Position numbers and translations under genes: made by a program. Source: a virus. Taken from it: 64,000 nucleotides of DNA. Positions 48,364 through 57,224 of the stretch are shown one piece after another. Below the pieces are notes generated by a model. It saw nothing but the letters and a program-made list of their open reading frames with translations, was not told where the DNA came from and searched no databases. The first letter of the stretch is position 1. The number at the start of each line of letters is the position of its first letter. The DNA is taken from IMG/VR virus record IMGVR_UViG_3300005525_000034, positions 6,830 to 70,829 of that record; one strand, given 5' to 3'.

Positions 48364-48620
48364 TGACTGACGTGATCTACGAGAGCCCACGGGTTGACGA
48401 TCATCCTCCCTCGTGGCGCATCACGAAACAGGCGAATGACTGCACAAATACGGCCATGGTTCGCTTCCATCGTGTCAATCGATTTCGTACCCTGCTGAAT
48501 CAGACAGCAGCATGGACACCCAACGGCTGGGATGATCGCCATTGGATCCCCACTATTTACAAGGTGCCTCGCCACCTGCTCGACATGGTTGAACAGCACA
48601 TGCAGCAGCAACAGCCATGA
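48363..48620 (+). CDS. Small Trp-rich protein (paralog of 48744-49001)
   Basis: LLNQTAAWTPNGWDDRHWIP..P...HMQ. Confidence 0.6.
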   Translation: MTDVIYESPRVDDHPPSWRITKQANDCTNTAMVRFHRVNRFRTLLNQTAAWTPNGWDDRHWIPTIYKVPRHLLDMVEQHMQQQQP

Positions 48621-48751
48621 GACGTGCTGGATTTATTGCTGGGATTTTGCCCATTTGCATCTGGGCATGGATCCTTCAGGACAACTGCGGCCTGCAAGGA
48701 GATGCCTGGCGGAAATGCTGGAGTGCTGAACTGGAGTATCGCCGTGGCTGA
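48617..48751 (+). CDS. 44-aa hydrophobic peptide
   Basis: ATGA overlap; MRRAGFIAGILPICIWAWILQ...; not in ORF track (too short). Confidence 0.4.
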   Translation: MRRAGFIAGILPICIWAWILQDNCGLQGDAWRKCWSAELEYRRG

Positions 48752-49001
48752 AGTGCTTCACTATTCCACTCACCCCACTCGCGGCACGCGTTGGGCAATC
48801 ATCCGCCATCCTGAAGGCACCACCGATCCACGGCTGGTGAGCTTCGTCAAGCACGGCCGCAATGGCAAGCTGCTGGACCAGGTTGCCCGCTGGGGCCCTG
48901 ATGGCTGGGATCTCAGTCGTTGGGTGCCGAAGTCCCCTCAAATACCGCAGTGGATTCTGCAGAAGATCACAACACACATGCAGAGGAGTTTTCATGGCTG
49001 A
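48744..49001 (+). CDS. Small Trp-rich protein (paralog of 48363-48620)
   Basis: GGAG RBS, GTG start; LLDQVARWGPDGWDLSRWVP..P...HMQ. Confidence 0.6.
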   Translation: MAEVLHYSTHPTRGTRWAIIRHPEGTTDPRLVSFVKHGRNGKLLDQVARWGPDGWDLSRWVPKSPQIPQWILQKITTHMQRSFHG

Positions 49002-49215
49002 TCACTATGGCTACCCGCCGCTGGATGAGCAGCGCTGTGAGAACTGCCGCTACAGCCGGCCGATGGCCGGGGTGAACATCACGGCCATGCGATGCGCGCG
49101 CCATGCGCCGCAGCTCTCCGAGGCCATCACCGTGGCTGCCTTCACGACCCGTTGGGGCTGTTGGCCGGCGGTGGTGCCGGAGAGCTGGTGCGGTGAATGG
49201 GGGCCGCAGCCATAG
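48994..49215 (+). CDS. Small Cys-rich protein
   Basis: GAGGAG RBS; CENCRY...RCARHAP...WP.V....WCGEW. Confidence 0.65.
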   Translation: MADHYGYPPLDEQRCENCRYSRPMAGVNITAMRCARHAPQLSEAITVAAFTTRWGCWPAVVPESWCGEWGPQP

Positions 49216-49223
49216 GCGTAGTC

Positions 49224-49394
49224 ATGAATGACCACTGCGTTTTCGACTACAGCCGGCAACCTCCCCGGCTGATCTGCACCCGCTGCGGCTACGAAGAGAC
49301 GATCACCCTGCCGATGCCGATCAGGCAGGTGGTGGTGATCAGCGACTCGTTCGTCATGGAGCACCGCTCTTGCAGGGAGGCTCCCGATGGGTGA
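49224..49394 (+). CDS. Small Zn-ribbon-like protein
   Basis: CTRCG ... HRSC. Confidence 0.5.
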   Translation: MNDHCVFDYSRQPPRLICTRCGYEETITLPMPIRQVVVISDSFVMEHRSCREAPDG

Positions 49395-49668
49395 CCCCAC
49401 CCGCTCGGATCGCCTGCGCCAGCTGGAACGGGCCTCAGCCCTGGCCCGCACAAGGCGCAGCCGCGCACGCAAGAAGGGCCTGCTGCCACTGCATCCTCTA
49501 TGCCCGGCATGTAGCCGCAAAGTCCTGCAGGAGAGGACACTGCCGCTGTGCAGCAGATGCTGGAGCCGCACGCCGGAGGGCCGGGCCGCGGCGGTGCAGC
49601 GGGTTCAGGAGTGGCGCCGCAGGAGGGCAAATCAGGCCTGCCTACCGTCAAATCAGCGTCAAGTTTGA
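49387..49668 (+). CDS. Basic Zn-finger-like protein
   Basis: CPAC...CSRC, Arg-rich. Confidence 0.55.
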   Translation: MGDPTRSDRLRQLERASALARTRRSRARKKGLLPLHPLCPACSRKVLQERTLPLCSRCWSRTPEGRAAAVQRVQEWRRRRANQACLPSNQRQV

Positions 49669-49670
49669 CG

Positions 49671-49844
49671 ATGACAGCCATGCGCCAGTGGTTCGTGACG
49701 GTGGCGGATGAGCCGCAGCGCACTCGAGATGTCCTGGTGCCGGGCCACAGCGCCTGGTCCGCCGGCTGGCTGTATCGGCACCTCCATCCGGGCCAGTCGA
49801 TCCTCATGATCCGGCCGGCCCAGAAGCGGCCTACAGGTCCCTGA
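49671..49844 (+). CDS. Hypothetical protein
   Basis: Short ORF ending the plus-strand block. Confidence 0.4.
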   Translation: MTAMRQWFVTVADEPQRTRDVLVPGHSAWSAGWLYRHLHPGQSILMIRPAQKRPTGP

Positions 49845-51198
49845 CCTCGGCCACCACCGCCTCGTAGGCCATCCGGGCGTTGGGATCGAGCCAGCCCCGC
49901 CGGGGACACCAGACCGGATCACCCGACGGCCAGGGCCTTGAGCCGGCGTTGCGCGGGTCATCGCTGGGGATGCCCGGCCTGGCCTTTGTCTGGGGCAGCG
50001 CCGTCTTCTCCATCAGCGGGAAATCCCGGGGGCCCCGGGCCTGTCCTGCCCCCCCGATCGGCTTCATCGCTGCCCCCTCGCCGTTGAGCTCCTCGAAGTG
50101 GCGCTGCACCGCCGCGGCCGTGGCGCGGGCCTCCGCCTCCCAGGTGCCGTCCTCCCCCTCGGAGAAGGCGTTCTGCAGGGCCAGGCTCTCCAGGGTCACC
50201 GGGGCGAGGTCACAGCGGCATTTGGGGTGGATCGGGGTCTTGACGCTGCCGATCCAGTAGAGGCAGCCGGCGCGCGGCGCGCAGAACTCGCAGGTGCGGT
50301 CGTCCAGGGTGGCGACGTACTGCACGAAGCCCACCCGCAGCTTGCGATAGGTGCGCTCCTGAGCCTCGCCGCTGGCCATCAGGGTCTCGGTGCGGGCGAT
50401 GGTCTCGGCCCGGTTGCGGAAGGCCTCGTTGACGTTGGGGATCGCCTTCTGCAGCTCCCGCTTGAGGCGGCGGGGATCGGGCCCGCTGGCCATCTGCCGG
50501 GCGGTGAGGAAGCTCACGGTCTCCCCCCAGTGCCGCCACCACTTGAAGTAGTAGTGCTTGCTGGCGGCCACGTGGGCATCGGTGGCGATGTCCCGCTGGC
50601 GCCGGTAGTTCATCGCCAGGCTGCGGAAGTCCCGCTCGGCGGCGGCGATCGAGCCGGCCATGTCGAACAGGCGCGAGAAGCGCTGCCCCTCCTGGTAGCG
50701 GCCCTGCTCACGGTCAGGCCACTGCTCCAGCACCGGATCCCGCTCTGGCGGCCGCTGGGCCGCGCGCAGGGCCGGATCGAGCTCATCGCGGGTCATCTGG
50801 ATCGCATACTCGGTGCCGACGTCCTGGGCCCGGATGAACAGCTCCGCCAGCTCTTCCTCCAACCGCAGCTCCTGCTGGGGGGTGAGCGACAGCTCGGTGA
50901 GCACCCGGCGCAGGTCCTGCAGCAGCTGCCCCTCGAGGTAGAGGGCCGCCTGGTTCTTCTCGATGGGGGTGATCGGCACCGGCCCGTCCGGAGTGGAGCC
51001 GGCGAAGGCGCCCGGGGTGGTGATCGGGTCGTACTCCGGCTGGGCTTCGATCCCATCGAGCAGGCGCATCACCCTCCGGATGGTCTGCCGCAGGGCGCTT
51101 TCCCAGATCTGGCCGATGCGCGCGATCTGTTGGTCCTCGAGGCCGCGGAGCTCTTCGCTGAGCTGCTGGGCCAGCTGTTCCCGCCGCTCCTGGCTCAT
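49831..51198 (-). CDS. MuF / SPP1 gp7-like minor head protein
   Basis: RAETIARTE, YVATLDDRTCEFC, PIHPKCRC. Confidence 0.88.
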   Translation of the reverse strand: MSQERREQLAQQLSEELRGLEDQQIARIGQIWESALRQTIRRVMRLLDGIEAQPEYDPITTPGAFAGSTPDGPVPITPIEKNQAALYLEGQLLQDLRRVLTELSLTPQQELRLEEELAELFIRAQDVGTEYAIQMTRDELDPALRAAQRPPERDPVLEQWPDREQGRYQEGQRFSRLFDMAGSIAAAERDFRSLAMNYRRQRDIATDAHVAASKHYYFKWWRHWGETVSFLTARQMASGPDPRRLKRELQKAIPNVNEAFRNRAETIARTETLMASGEAQERTYRKLRVGFVQYVATLDDRTCEFCAPRAGCLYWIGSVKTPIHPKCRCDLAPVTLESLALQNAFSEGEDGTWEAEARATAAAVQRHFEELNGEGAAMKPIGGAGQARGPRDFPLMEKTALPQTKARPGIPSDDPRNAGSRPWPSGDPVWCPRRGWLDPNARMAYEAVVAEVRDL

Positions 51199-51434
51199 GG
51201 TTTCCCCTCCAGCCCGGCGGCCAGCTGCCTCAGGCGCTGATTCTCAGGCCTGTCCGGCGGGAGGTAGGCGTCGCACCACAGGGTCACGATCTGCGGCGGC
51301 AAGCTGCCGTCGCGATTGCGGAGGGCCATCCGAACGTCCGGTGTGGCCCCCAGGCGCTGACAGTCGTGGCACTCCTCCAGCCAATCCTCAGGGCCATCTC
51401 CCCAGCCGGGGCAACGGGCAACGGGGTCAGCCAT
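51195..51434 (-). CDS. Small Cys-containing protein
   Basis: MADPVARCPG...CHDCQR; GGAGG RBS. Confidence 0.55.
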   Translation of the reverse strand: MADPVARCPGWGDGPEDWLEECHDCQRLGATPDVRMALRNRDGSLPPQIVTLWCDAYLPPDRPENQRLRQLAAGLEGKP

Positions 51435-51660
51435 GGCGCCCCTCCAGCTCGTCGGCGTAGTGGCGCATCTGGTGAGCGGACCACCGAACTCCGGTGTGCT
51501 CCTGGTAGCCGTGCCAGATCGAGTCGGCCTCGGTGAGATCTGCCGCAGCGCGGAGAACAGCAGCAGCAATCAGCCGGCGGGTCGGCTCATGGTCGTAACT
51601 GCGGTGCATAGCCCCCAGCACCTTCTGCGCGCCAGGGGAAAGCGGCGGTCGATCAGCCAT
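51427..51660 (-). CDS. Hypothetical protein bounded by 24-bp direct repeats
   Basis: IAAAVLRAAAD...ADELEG; GGAGG RBS. Confidence 0.6.
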   Translation of the reverse strand: MADRPPLSPGAQKVLGAMHRSYDHEPTRRLIAAAVLRAAADLTEADSIWHGYQEHTGVRWSAHQMRHYADELEGRHG

Positions 51661-51676
51661 GGCGCCCCTCCAGCTC
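51427..51676. repeat. 24-bp perfect direct repeat at 51427-51450 and 51653-51676
   Basis: TCAGCCATGGCGCCCCTCCAGCTC twice. Confidence 0.9.
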
Positions 51677-51997
51677 CTGCAGGATGAGCTCAAGACGGGC
51701 CAGGGCGTTCCAGGCCGTGTGGGCCGCATGGAGCAGCCCGGAGTCGGGATCGCACTCCAGGCCCTGGGCCTCCTCCAGCAGGTGGCGCCAGAGGGCATCG
51801 GTGTAGCGCTCCTGCCCGGCGGGGACGCTGCGCCAGCCATTGTCGGTGTATTTGGCCGCCCCGAAGGTGCCGACCTGGGCAACCTTCTCGAGGGCCCGGC
51901 TGAAGCCCCCCAGCACCAGGCCGCAGCGGGGCTTGCCGGCGTCCAGTTTCGCGCCGGGCTCATGGGCGCTCCGGCCGGTGGGATCGAGCTCAACCAT
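51653..51997 (-). CDS. dATP/dGTP diphosphohydrolase-like protein (DUF5664 type)
   Basis: GAKLDAGKP...VAQVGTFGAAKY..NGW...RY.DAL.RHL...DPDSGLLHAAH.AWNAL. Confidence 0.8.
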   Translation of the reverse strand: MVELDPTGRSAHEPGAKLDAGKPRCGLVLGGFSRALEKVAQVGTFGAAKYTDNGWRSVPAGQERYTDALWRHLLEEAQGLECDPDSGLLHAAHTAWNALARLELILQELEGRHG

Positions 51998-54090
51998 CAG
52001 TCCTCCACCTCATAGGCATCGCAGCGGACGCCCATGGCCACCAGGTCGACGCTGTCCAGCCGGCGCACGGTCGCATCAGGGCCGGCCGCGGCCTGCAGGG
52101 CCTGTTGATCGGCCACGCCCACCACTGCGAACCAGTCGCCGCAGGAATCCATTACCTCCCACAGGCCCGTGGGATCGGGGCCGACCACCGCCTGATGGGG
52201 CGTGGGGGTGCCGTAGGGGCCGATCAGGGGGCCGGTGCCGTCGGCGCCCACATCGACGATCACCCCAGCGACCTTCAGGCGTGCCGGCAGCTCCCAGGCG
52301 TCCTCGCGCACGGTGCGGCGGCGGCCGGCGCGCCGGCGCGGCCTGCTCTTGCCCGCGATCGACAGGGCGATGGCGATCGCCTGCTTGCGGCCATCGGGAT
52401 AGCCCACCTTTCCGCGATGCTCACCCTTCTTGCCGGTGCCGGAATGCAGCGTGCCGTGCTTCCAGCGGTGCATCACCTGGCCGACCTCGTCGGGGTGGGT
52501 GTGGTTGGCCGGGTCATCGTCTTCTTTCTTGCAGCTGCTGCCGTCGCAGTCGTCCTCGCACTCATGCCCGCGGGCGCAGGAGGCGCAGCAGGCCTCCTCG
52601 GCCGCGTCGGTCGTGGGGCGCTGCTGGCCGCCGCCGGCGACGTCTCCCGCCAGGGCGGCGCCATCGAGGCCCGGGCCCTCACCGCCCGGCTGCCCCTGAT
52701 CCTGGCCCTGCTGCTGGCCGAAGTCGCCACCGAACTGCACCTGGCTCATGTCCTGCTCTTCCTCCTTGATTGAGCCGTCGGGCTCCCGATCGATCAGGGT
52801 GGTGTCGAGCGAGAACTCAGGCCGCCCGAAGCGCGCCAGGGCCACCTCGTTCGGCGTGAGCACCCCGGCCTGGATGTAGGACACATCGGCCGCGGCCACC
52901 TGCTGCCGCAGGCCAGCCATCTCCTCGTCGTTCATCACGAAGGTCGGGCGGAACTGCACCCGCCAATCCTCCGGGGGCTCCCCGGTGAACGGCCCCTCGC
53001 TGCACTTCATCAAGGTTTCGTAGAACTGCCGCAGTGGGTCCTGCAGGTAGTCCTCCTGGTACTCGGCGACGTCCTGCGCGAAGCCCCGATCCTCGCTGCG
53101 GCCGGTGGCGCCCAGGCCGCTGGGACTCTCCCCCCAGAGCTTGGTGTGGGGCATGCCCGAGGCGCCGGTCACCTCCTGAGTGAGGCGATCGAGCACATCG
53201 GCGACGCCGGCCGCCGAGCGGGTGATGAACTGCGCATCCTCGTTGGCATCCAGGACCAGGGCCCGATAGACGCCGCGAGCCATCTGGTTCACCTCCAGCC
53301 GGCGGGTGATGGCCTCCTGGTTCCCGCTGCTGATCATCTGGCCCAGGCCCGGGATCTTGTGGACAAACTGGTCGAAGTCATGGAGCAGGGCCGCGGCGCT
53401 GGTCTGCCCGGTTTCGTAGCGCTTGAACACCTCCCAGATCGGTTGCAGCACTGACACCCCCCACCAGTTGAAGTGGGATCGCCACCGCCAGGGCACCTCC
53501 TCCCCCTCGAAGCGCAGCACGCGGCTGCCGTGGATTCTCACGGTTTCGGCCCCCTGAAGGCCGAGCTGCGCGAGGTCGTTGTCGCGGTTGGTGTTGAACT
53601 CGTAGCTCTCCGGCTGGCCGATGCCGGACCAGCCCGGTGCGGGCCAGATCCGCCAGCGATCGAGGGCGTAGAGGCCCTTGATCCGTCGGAGATTGCGCCA
53701 GTTGATCGGCTTGGCGAAATCCTGCACGCCGTCGTCGACCAGCATGATCAGCACGGCGCCACCCTGATGCCGCGCCAGCTGCACCGCCCGCCGGACGTGT
53801 TTGCGCAGCCGCAGCCTTTCCCCGGCGGCGACCAGGGCGTCGGATTGCTTGCGGGCCTTCCTGCTGTCGTCTCCCAGGGCGATGTCCCAGCCCATCCGGG
53901 TGGCTTCGGAGGCCCAGAGGTTGACGACCTTGCGGCACAGCCAGCTGTTCAGGTAGAGGCTGTCCAGGTCGGCCTGGTTCAGAAACTCCGGTGTGGCGAT
54001 CATCGTCGCCGTGGTCCGATCGCGCGTGGTGCCCATGCCGGTGAGGGCGTTGACCAACACCCCGTCCTGCCGTTCCTCGAACTCCGCCAT
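51997..54090 (-). CDS. Portal protein (DUF1073 family) with C-terminal extension
   Basis: LY..SWLCRKVV...A.EATR.G, IHGSRVLRF, SGMPHTKLWGESPSGL; C-terminal DUF6496-like KQAIAIALS. Confidence 0.85.
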   Translation of the reverse strand: MAEFEERQDGVLVNALTGMGTTRDRTTATMIATPEFLNQADLDSLYLNSWLCRKVVNLWASEATRMGWDIALGDDSRKARKQSDALVAAGERLRLRKHVRRAVQLARHQGGAVLIMLVDDGVQDFAKPINWRNLRRIKGLYALDRWRIWPAPGWSGIGQPESYEFNTNRDNDLAQLGLQGAETVRIHGSRVLRFEGEEVPWRWRSHFNWWGVSVLQPIWEVFKRYETGQTSAAALLHDFDQFVHKIPGLGQMISSGNQEAITRRLEVNQMARGVYRALVLDANEDAQFITRSAAGVADVLDRLTQEVTGASGMPHTKLWGESPSGLGATGRSEDRGFAQDVAEYQEDYLQDPLRQFYETLMKCSEGPFTGEPPEDWRVQFRPTFVMNDEEMAGLRQQVAAADVSYIQAGVLTPNEVALARFGRPEFSLDTTLIDREPDGSIKEEEQDMSQVQFGGDFGQQQGQDQGQPGGEGPGLDGAALAGDVAGGGQQRPTTDAAEEACCASCARGHECEDDCDGSSCKKEDDDPANHTHPDEVGQVMHRWKHGTLHSGTGKKGEHRGKVGYPDGRKQAIAIALSIAGKSRPRRRAGRRRTVREDAWELPARLKVAGVIVDVGADGTGPLIGPYGTPTPHQAVVGPDPTGLWEVMDSCGDWFAVVGVADQQALQAAAGPDATVRRLDSVDLVAMGVRCDAYEVED

Positions 54091-54199
54091 GCCCTGCCGA
54101 CTCGACAGGTCAGGCTAGGAGTGGTTCAAGATGCTGGATCTGGGCATTCATAGCCGTGGATGCGAGCGTTCTTTAAGCTGGTTCCGTTCTGAACCCTGA

Positions 54200-55243
54200 A
54201 TGGCTGTGGCTCAAACCGCTGTTGACCGCATGCTCGACTCGTTCGGTCGGTATGTGGTCCTCGGTCACGAGGAGCAGCTGGAGGCCGGCCGGCTGATTCG
54301 GAAGTGGCTGGACTGGCCGGATGGGCCGGATGTAGCCCCTCCGGGGGTGCGGCGTGCTGGGATGCGGGCCAAGCGACGCATGGTCGAGACGAACATGCGC
54401 CTGGTCGTCTCGGTCGCCAGGAAGTACCAGAGGATGGGCCTGCCATTGGAGGATCTGGTGCAGGAGGGCGCCATCGGCCTGAGCCGGGCCGCTGAGCTCT
54501 ACGACCCCAGCCGGGGGTATGCCTTCAGCACCTACAGCTACTGGTGGATCAGGCAGAGCGTCACCAGGGCCCTGTCGAACCTCAATGGCCAGATTCGGAT
54601 TCCCTCCAACATCTCCGACAAGCTGCGAAACGTCGAGGCCTATCTGCAGGCGCCGGAGAATCGCAACGGCCGGCCCAGCGACGAGCAGATCTGCAGGGAC
54701 CTGCGGATCACCGATGCCCAGCTCGGTCTGCTGCGCACCGCGGCGCAACGGCGCTCGGTCGTCAGCCTCGACAAGCCGGTGGGCGATCAGATGAACGGCC
54801 TGTGGGATGCGATCGCCTGCCCCCGCAGCGCCGCTGACCCATTCGAGGCGGTGGAATCCAGCGTTCATCAAGAGATCCTGCGGCGGCTGCTGCCACGCCT
54901 GAATGATCGCGAGCGCCAGGTGCTCGAGGGCGTCTACGTCCACGGACTCAACCTCACGCAGGTGGGCCGCGAGATGGGGCTCAACCGCGAACGGGTGCGG
55001 TCGCTGGAGAGCAAGGCGCGCAACAAGCTGCACCTCTGGATGACTCAGCAGGGACAGGTGTCGGAGTTCGACGGCGTGCCGCCGGCGCCACCGCTGCCGG
55101 AATGGAGCGACCCGGAAGAAGATCCAGAGCAGCTGGCCCTGGTGGCCGTGCCGACGATCAAGGTGCGGCACCAGCCGCGGCGGCTGTACCGGCGGCGACA
55201 GAGCGATGTCAACCCAAATCAGCTGCCACTGATGACCGCGTAA
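54200..55243 (+). CDS. RpoD/group-2-like sigma-70 factor
   Basis: [48 protein letters not shown], region 4 [10 protein letters not shown]. Confidence 0.92.
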   Translation: MAVAQTAVDRMLDSFGRYVVLGHEEQLEAGRLIRKWLDWPDGPDVAPPGVRRAGMRAKRRMVETNMRLVVSVARKYQRMGLPLEDLVQEGAIGLSRAAELYDPSRGYAFSTYSYWWIRQSVTRALSNLNGQIRIPSNISDKLRNVEAYLQAPENRNGRPSDEQICRDLRITDAQLGLLRTAAQRRSVVSLDKPVGDQMNGLWDAIACPRSAADPFEAVESSVHQEILRRLLPRLNDRERQVLEGVYVHGLNLTQVGREMGLNRERVRSLESKARNKLHLWMTQQGQVSEFDGVPPAPPLPEWSDPEEDPEQLALVAVPTIKVRHQPRRLYRRRQSDVNPNQLPLMTA

Positions 55244-55399
55244 GGGGTGCCGGCCATGGATCCTGTTCCCCCGGCGGATTGAACCCAGCGCCGACACCCC
55301 TCAGGCCATTGCTGGATTGCGCGCCATGGGCCCAGGGGGCCGGCACTCCAAACTAGGCATCCAGGATTCTGGTCAGACTGGTGCAATCGCTCGCTGGCC

Positions 55400-55633
55400 A
55401 TGGCTGAACCGCTTCACCGGCTGCCTCTCGAAGCCGAGCTGAAGTTGCAGATCATGCGCAGCGACGTCCAGGCCGCCGGTGATCTGGAGCAGCTGCGGCA
55501 AGTTGCCCTGCGGGTGGTCGACATGGCCGAGATGCAGGCCCGGCTCACCGGAGCGATGCTCCGGCAGGCCTATCTCAAGCCGCGGCCGTTTCATCCGGCG
55601 CTGCTGCAGGGTGAGCTGGGGCCTCCCGCTTGA
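55400..55633 (+). CDS. NblA-like small protein (tentative)
   Basis: LPLEAELKLQ...DLEQLRQ.AL....Q..L...MLRQ helix-loop-helix pattern. Confidence 0.45.
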   Translation: MAEPLHRLPLEAELKLQIMRSDVQAAGDLEQLRQVALRVVDMAEMQARLTGAMLRQAYLKPRPFHPALLQGELGPPA

Positions 55634-55844
55634 CTAGGGAGTAGGTGGTTTCTGCACTCTGCAGGGTGGTGAGGCCTTCGGTCTCATACCACTCAGCCAG
55701 GGCCTCGATCTCCTCGGTGGTGAGGATGCGCTCCACCGTCATGCAGGCCAAGGCATGGGGCCTGAACTCGAGGCTCATGCTGATCGTGTTCGGGGGGAGG
55801 TCCAGGGCCTCGATCAGACGGGCCATAGCGGATTGACAGAGCAT
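55575..55844 (-). CDS. Hypothetical protein
   Basis: 89-aa ORF, convergent overlap with NblA-like gene. Confidence 0.45.
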   Translation of the reverse strand: MLCQSAMARLIEALDLPPNTISMSLEFRPHALACMTVERILTTEEIEALAEWYETEGLTTLQSAETTYSLVKREAPAHPAAAPDETAAA

Positions 55845-55920
55845 TGCTTCTGGATTGCGACAGGGCCGTGGCGAAACGTGATCGCCACCTTAGGCTGTTC
55901 AGGATCTTGGATGCTTTTCA

Positions 55921-56484
55921 ATGACCGCCACCGCATGCCCGCAGGAGGTGATCCCAGAGCGTGTCACCGTTGGGCTCTGGGCCCGCCGCTCACACCTGCC
56001 TGAACGCGAGCGGGTGCTGGCCTTCTGCAACGACCTGGTGATGGCTCTGCGCAATGGTCAGATGCCAGACGTTCCCCGCACGTCACTTGGGGAGCTCGAG
56101 CTCAGCACCATGACGATCAATGCGCTGCGCCGTTCAGGCTTCTTCTACCTCGATGAGGTTGAGCTGTTGTCCGCCGAGCAGCTGTGCAGCATTCACAGGA
56201 TCGGCGCATTCAGCGCCGCCGAGATCCTTCAGGCCGTTCGTCGTCACCAACGCAGGGTGGCCCGAGAGCGACTGGCCACCACCTTCGAGGTTTTCCCCGC
56301 TCTGGAGCCGCCGGCACCGGAAGCGCTGCAGGACCAGGCGCGCAGCCTGATCCAGGCCTTCTACATCTGCACCGAAGATCAGGAGCGGATGGCAGCGCTG
56401 CTGTTGCGTGCTGCGGACCTGGCGTCTGGCGGCCCGGCCCACCTGCGCAACCTGGCCATGGCCCTGCTGGAGCAGCCGGCATGA
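55921..56484 (+). CDS. RNA polymerase alpha C-terminal-domain-like protein
   Basis: SLGELELSTMTINALRRSGF..LDEV..LSAEQLCSIHRIGAFSAAEI. Confidence 0.75.
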   Translation: MTATACPQEVIPERVTVGLWARRSHLPERERVLAFCNDLVMALRNGQMPDVPRTSLGELELSTMTINALRRSGFFYLDEVELLSAEQLCSIHRIGAFSAAEILQAVRRHQRRVARERLATTFEVFPALEPPAPEALQDQARSLIQAFYICTEDQERMAALLLRAADLASGGPAHLRNLAMALLEQPA

Positions 56485-57224
56485 GCACACCCATCAAGGA
56501 CCCGCTGTTCCGGGTCGAGCTGATCACCGCCACGCCCAACCCGCAGCAGGCCTGCTGGGTCGGGATGCACCAGGACTACAGCGAGCATTTCGTGGCGGAC
56601 CATCGCGACAGCTGGCCGGAGGAGACCCGCGCAGGGGAGATCTGCGTCAACCGTCTGCTGAACGGCGATCGGGGGCACTACGGGCCCCTGGAACACGTCG
56701 GCATCGTCCTGAACGTGGGCTTCTTCCCCCATGGGGTGATGCAGCAGGCCCGTACCCATCGCATCGCCTCATTCGATGTGCAGTCGATGCGTTACACCGG
56801 CGACCGAATCTGCCAGGCCTCGGCCATCGGCACGGTGGAGGCGATTGAGCGCGCCTTCTACCTCCGGCCCGTGGGCCGCTACCGCGACCGGCAGGGCAAG
56901 GCCTACACCTACAGCCAGGCCGATCGGAACATCGACCTGGGCCTCTGCTCCTGTGCAGCCCACCGCTACCGGGAACTGATCCGACAGGGCTACGCCGAGG
57001 AGCACGCCCGCGGGATCCTGCCCTTCGACTATCGGCAGCACTTCGTCGTCAGCTTCAGCCTGCGGTCGCTGATGCACTTCCTCGATCTGCGCTCCAAGGC
57101 CGATGCCCAGCCAGAGATCCAGGCGCTCTGCCACCTGATCTGGCCGCACTTTCAGGCCTGGGCCCCGGAGCTCGCAGCCTGGTACGAGGCCAACAGACTG
57201 GGCAAGGCCCGCCTGGCGCCATGA
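56481..57224 (+). CDS. thyX: FAD-dependent thymidylate synthase
   Basis: GHYGPLEH, QQARTHRIASFDVQSMRY, EHARGILP, HFLDLR...AQPEI. Confidence 0.92.
   Translation: MSTPIKDPLFRVELITATPNPQQACWVGMHQDYSEHFVADHRDSWPEETRAGEICVNRLLNGDRGHYGPLEHVGIVLNVGFFPHGVMQQARTHRIASFDVQSMRYTGDRICQASAIGTVEAIERAFYLRPVGRYRDRQGKAYTYSQADRNIDLGLCSCAAHRYRELIRQGYAEEHARGILPFDYRQHFVVSFSLRSLMHFLDLRSKADAQPEIQALCHLIWPHFQAWAPELAAWYEANRLGKARLAP

Noticed and set aside
49831-50200. MuF C-terminal extension as a polymorphic toxin domain
   Set aside because: Short Pro-rich tail with no recognisable catalytic motif
52030-52300. Portal tail as an inorganic-pyrophosphatase-like polyvalent domain (GADG, VGP)
   Set aside because: Expected acidic catalytic residues not evident; similarity too weak
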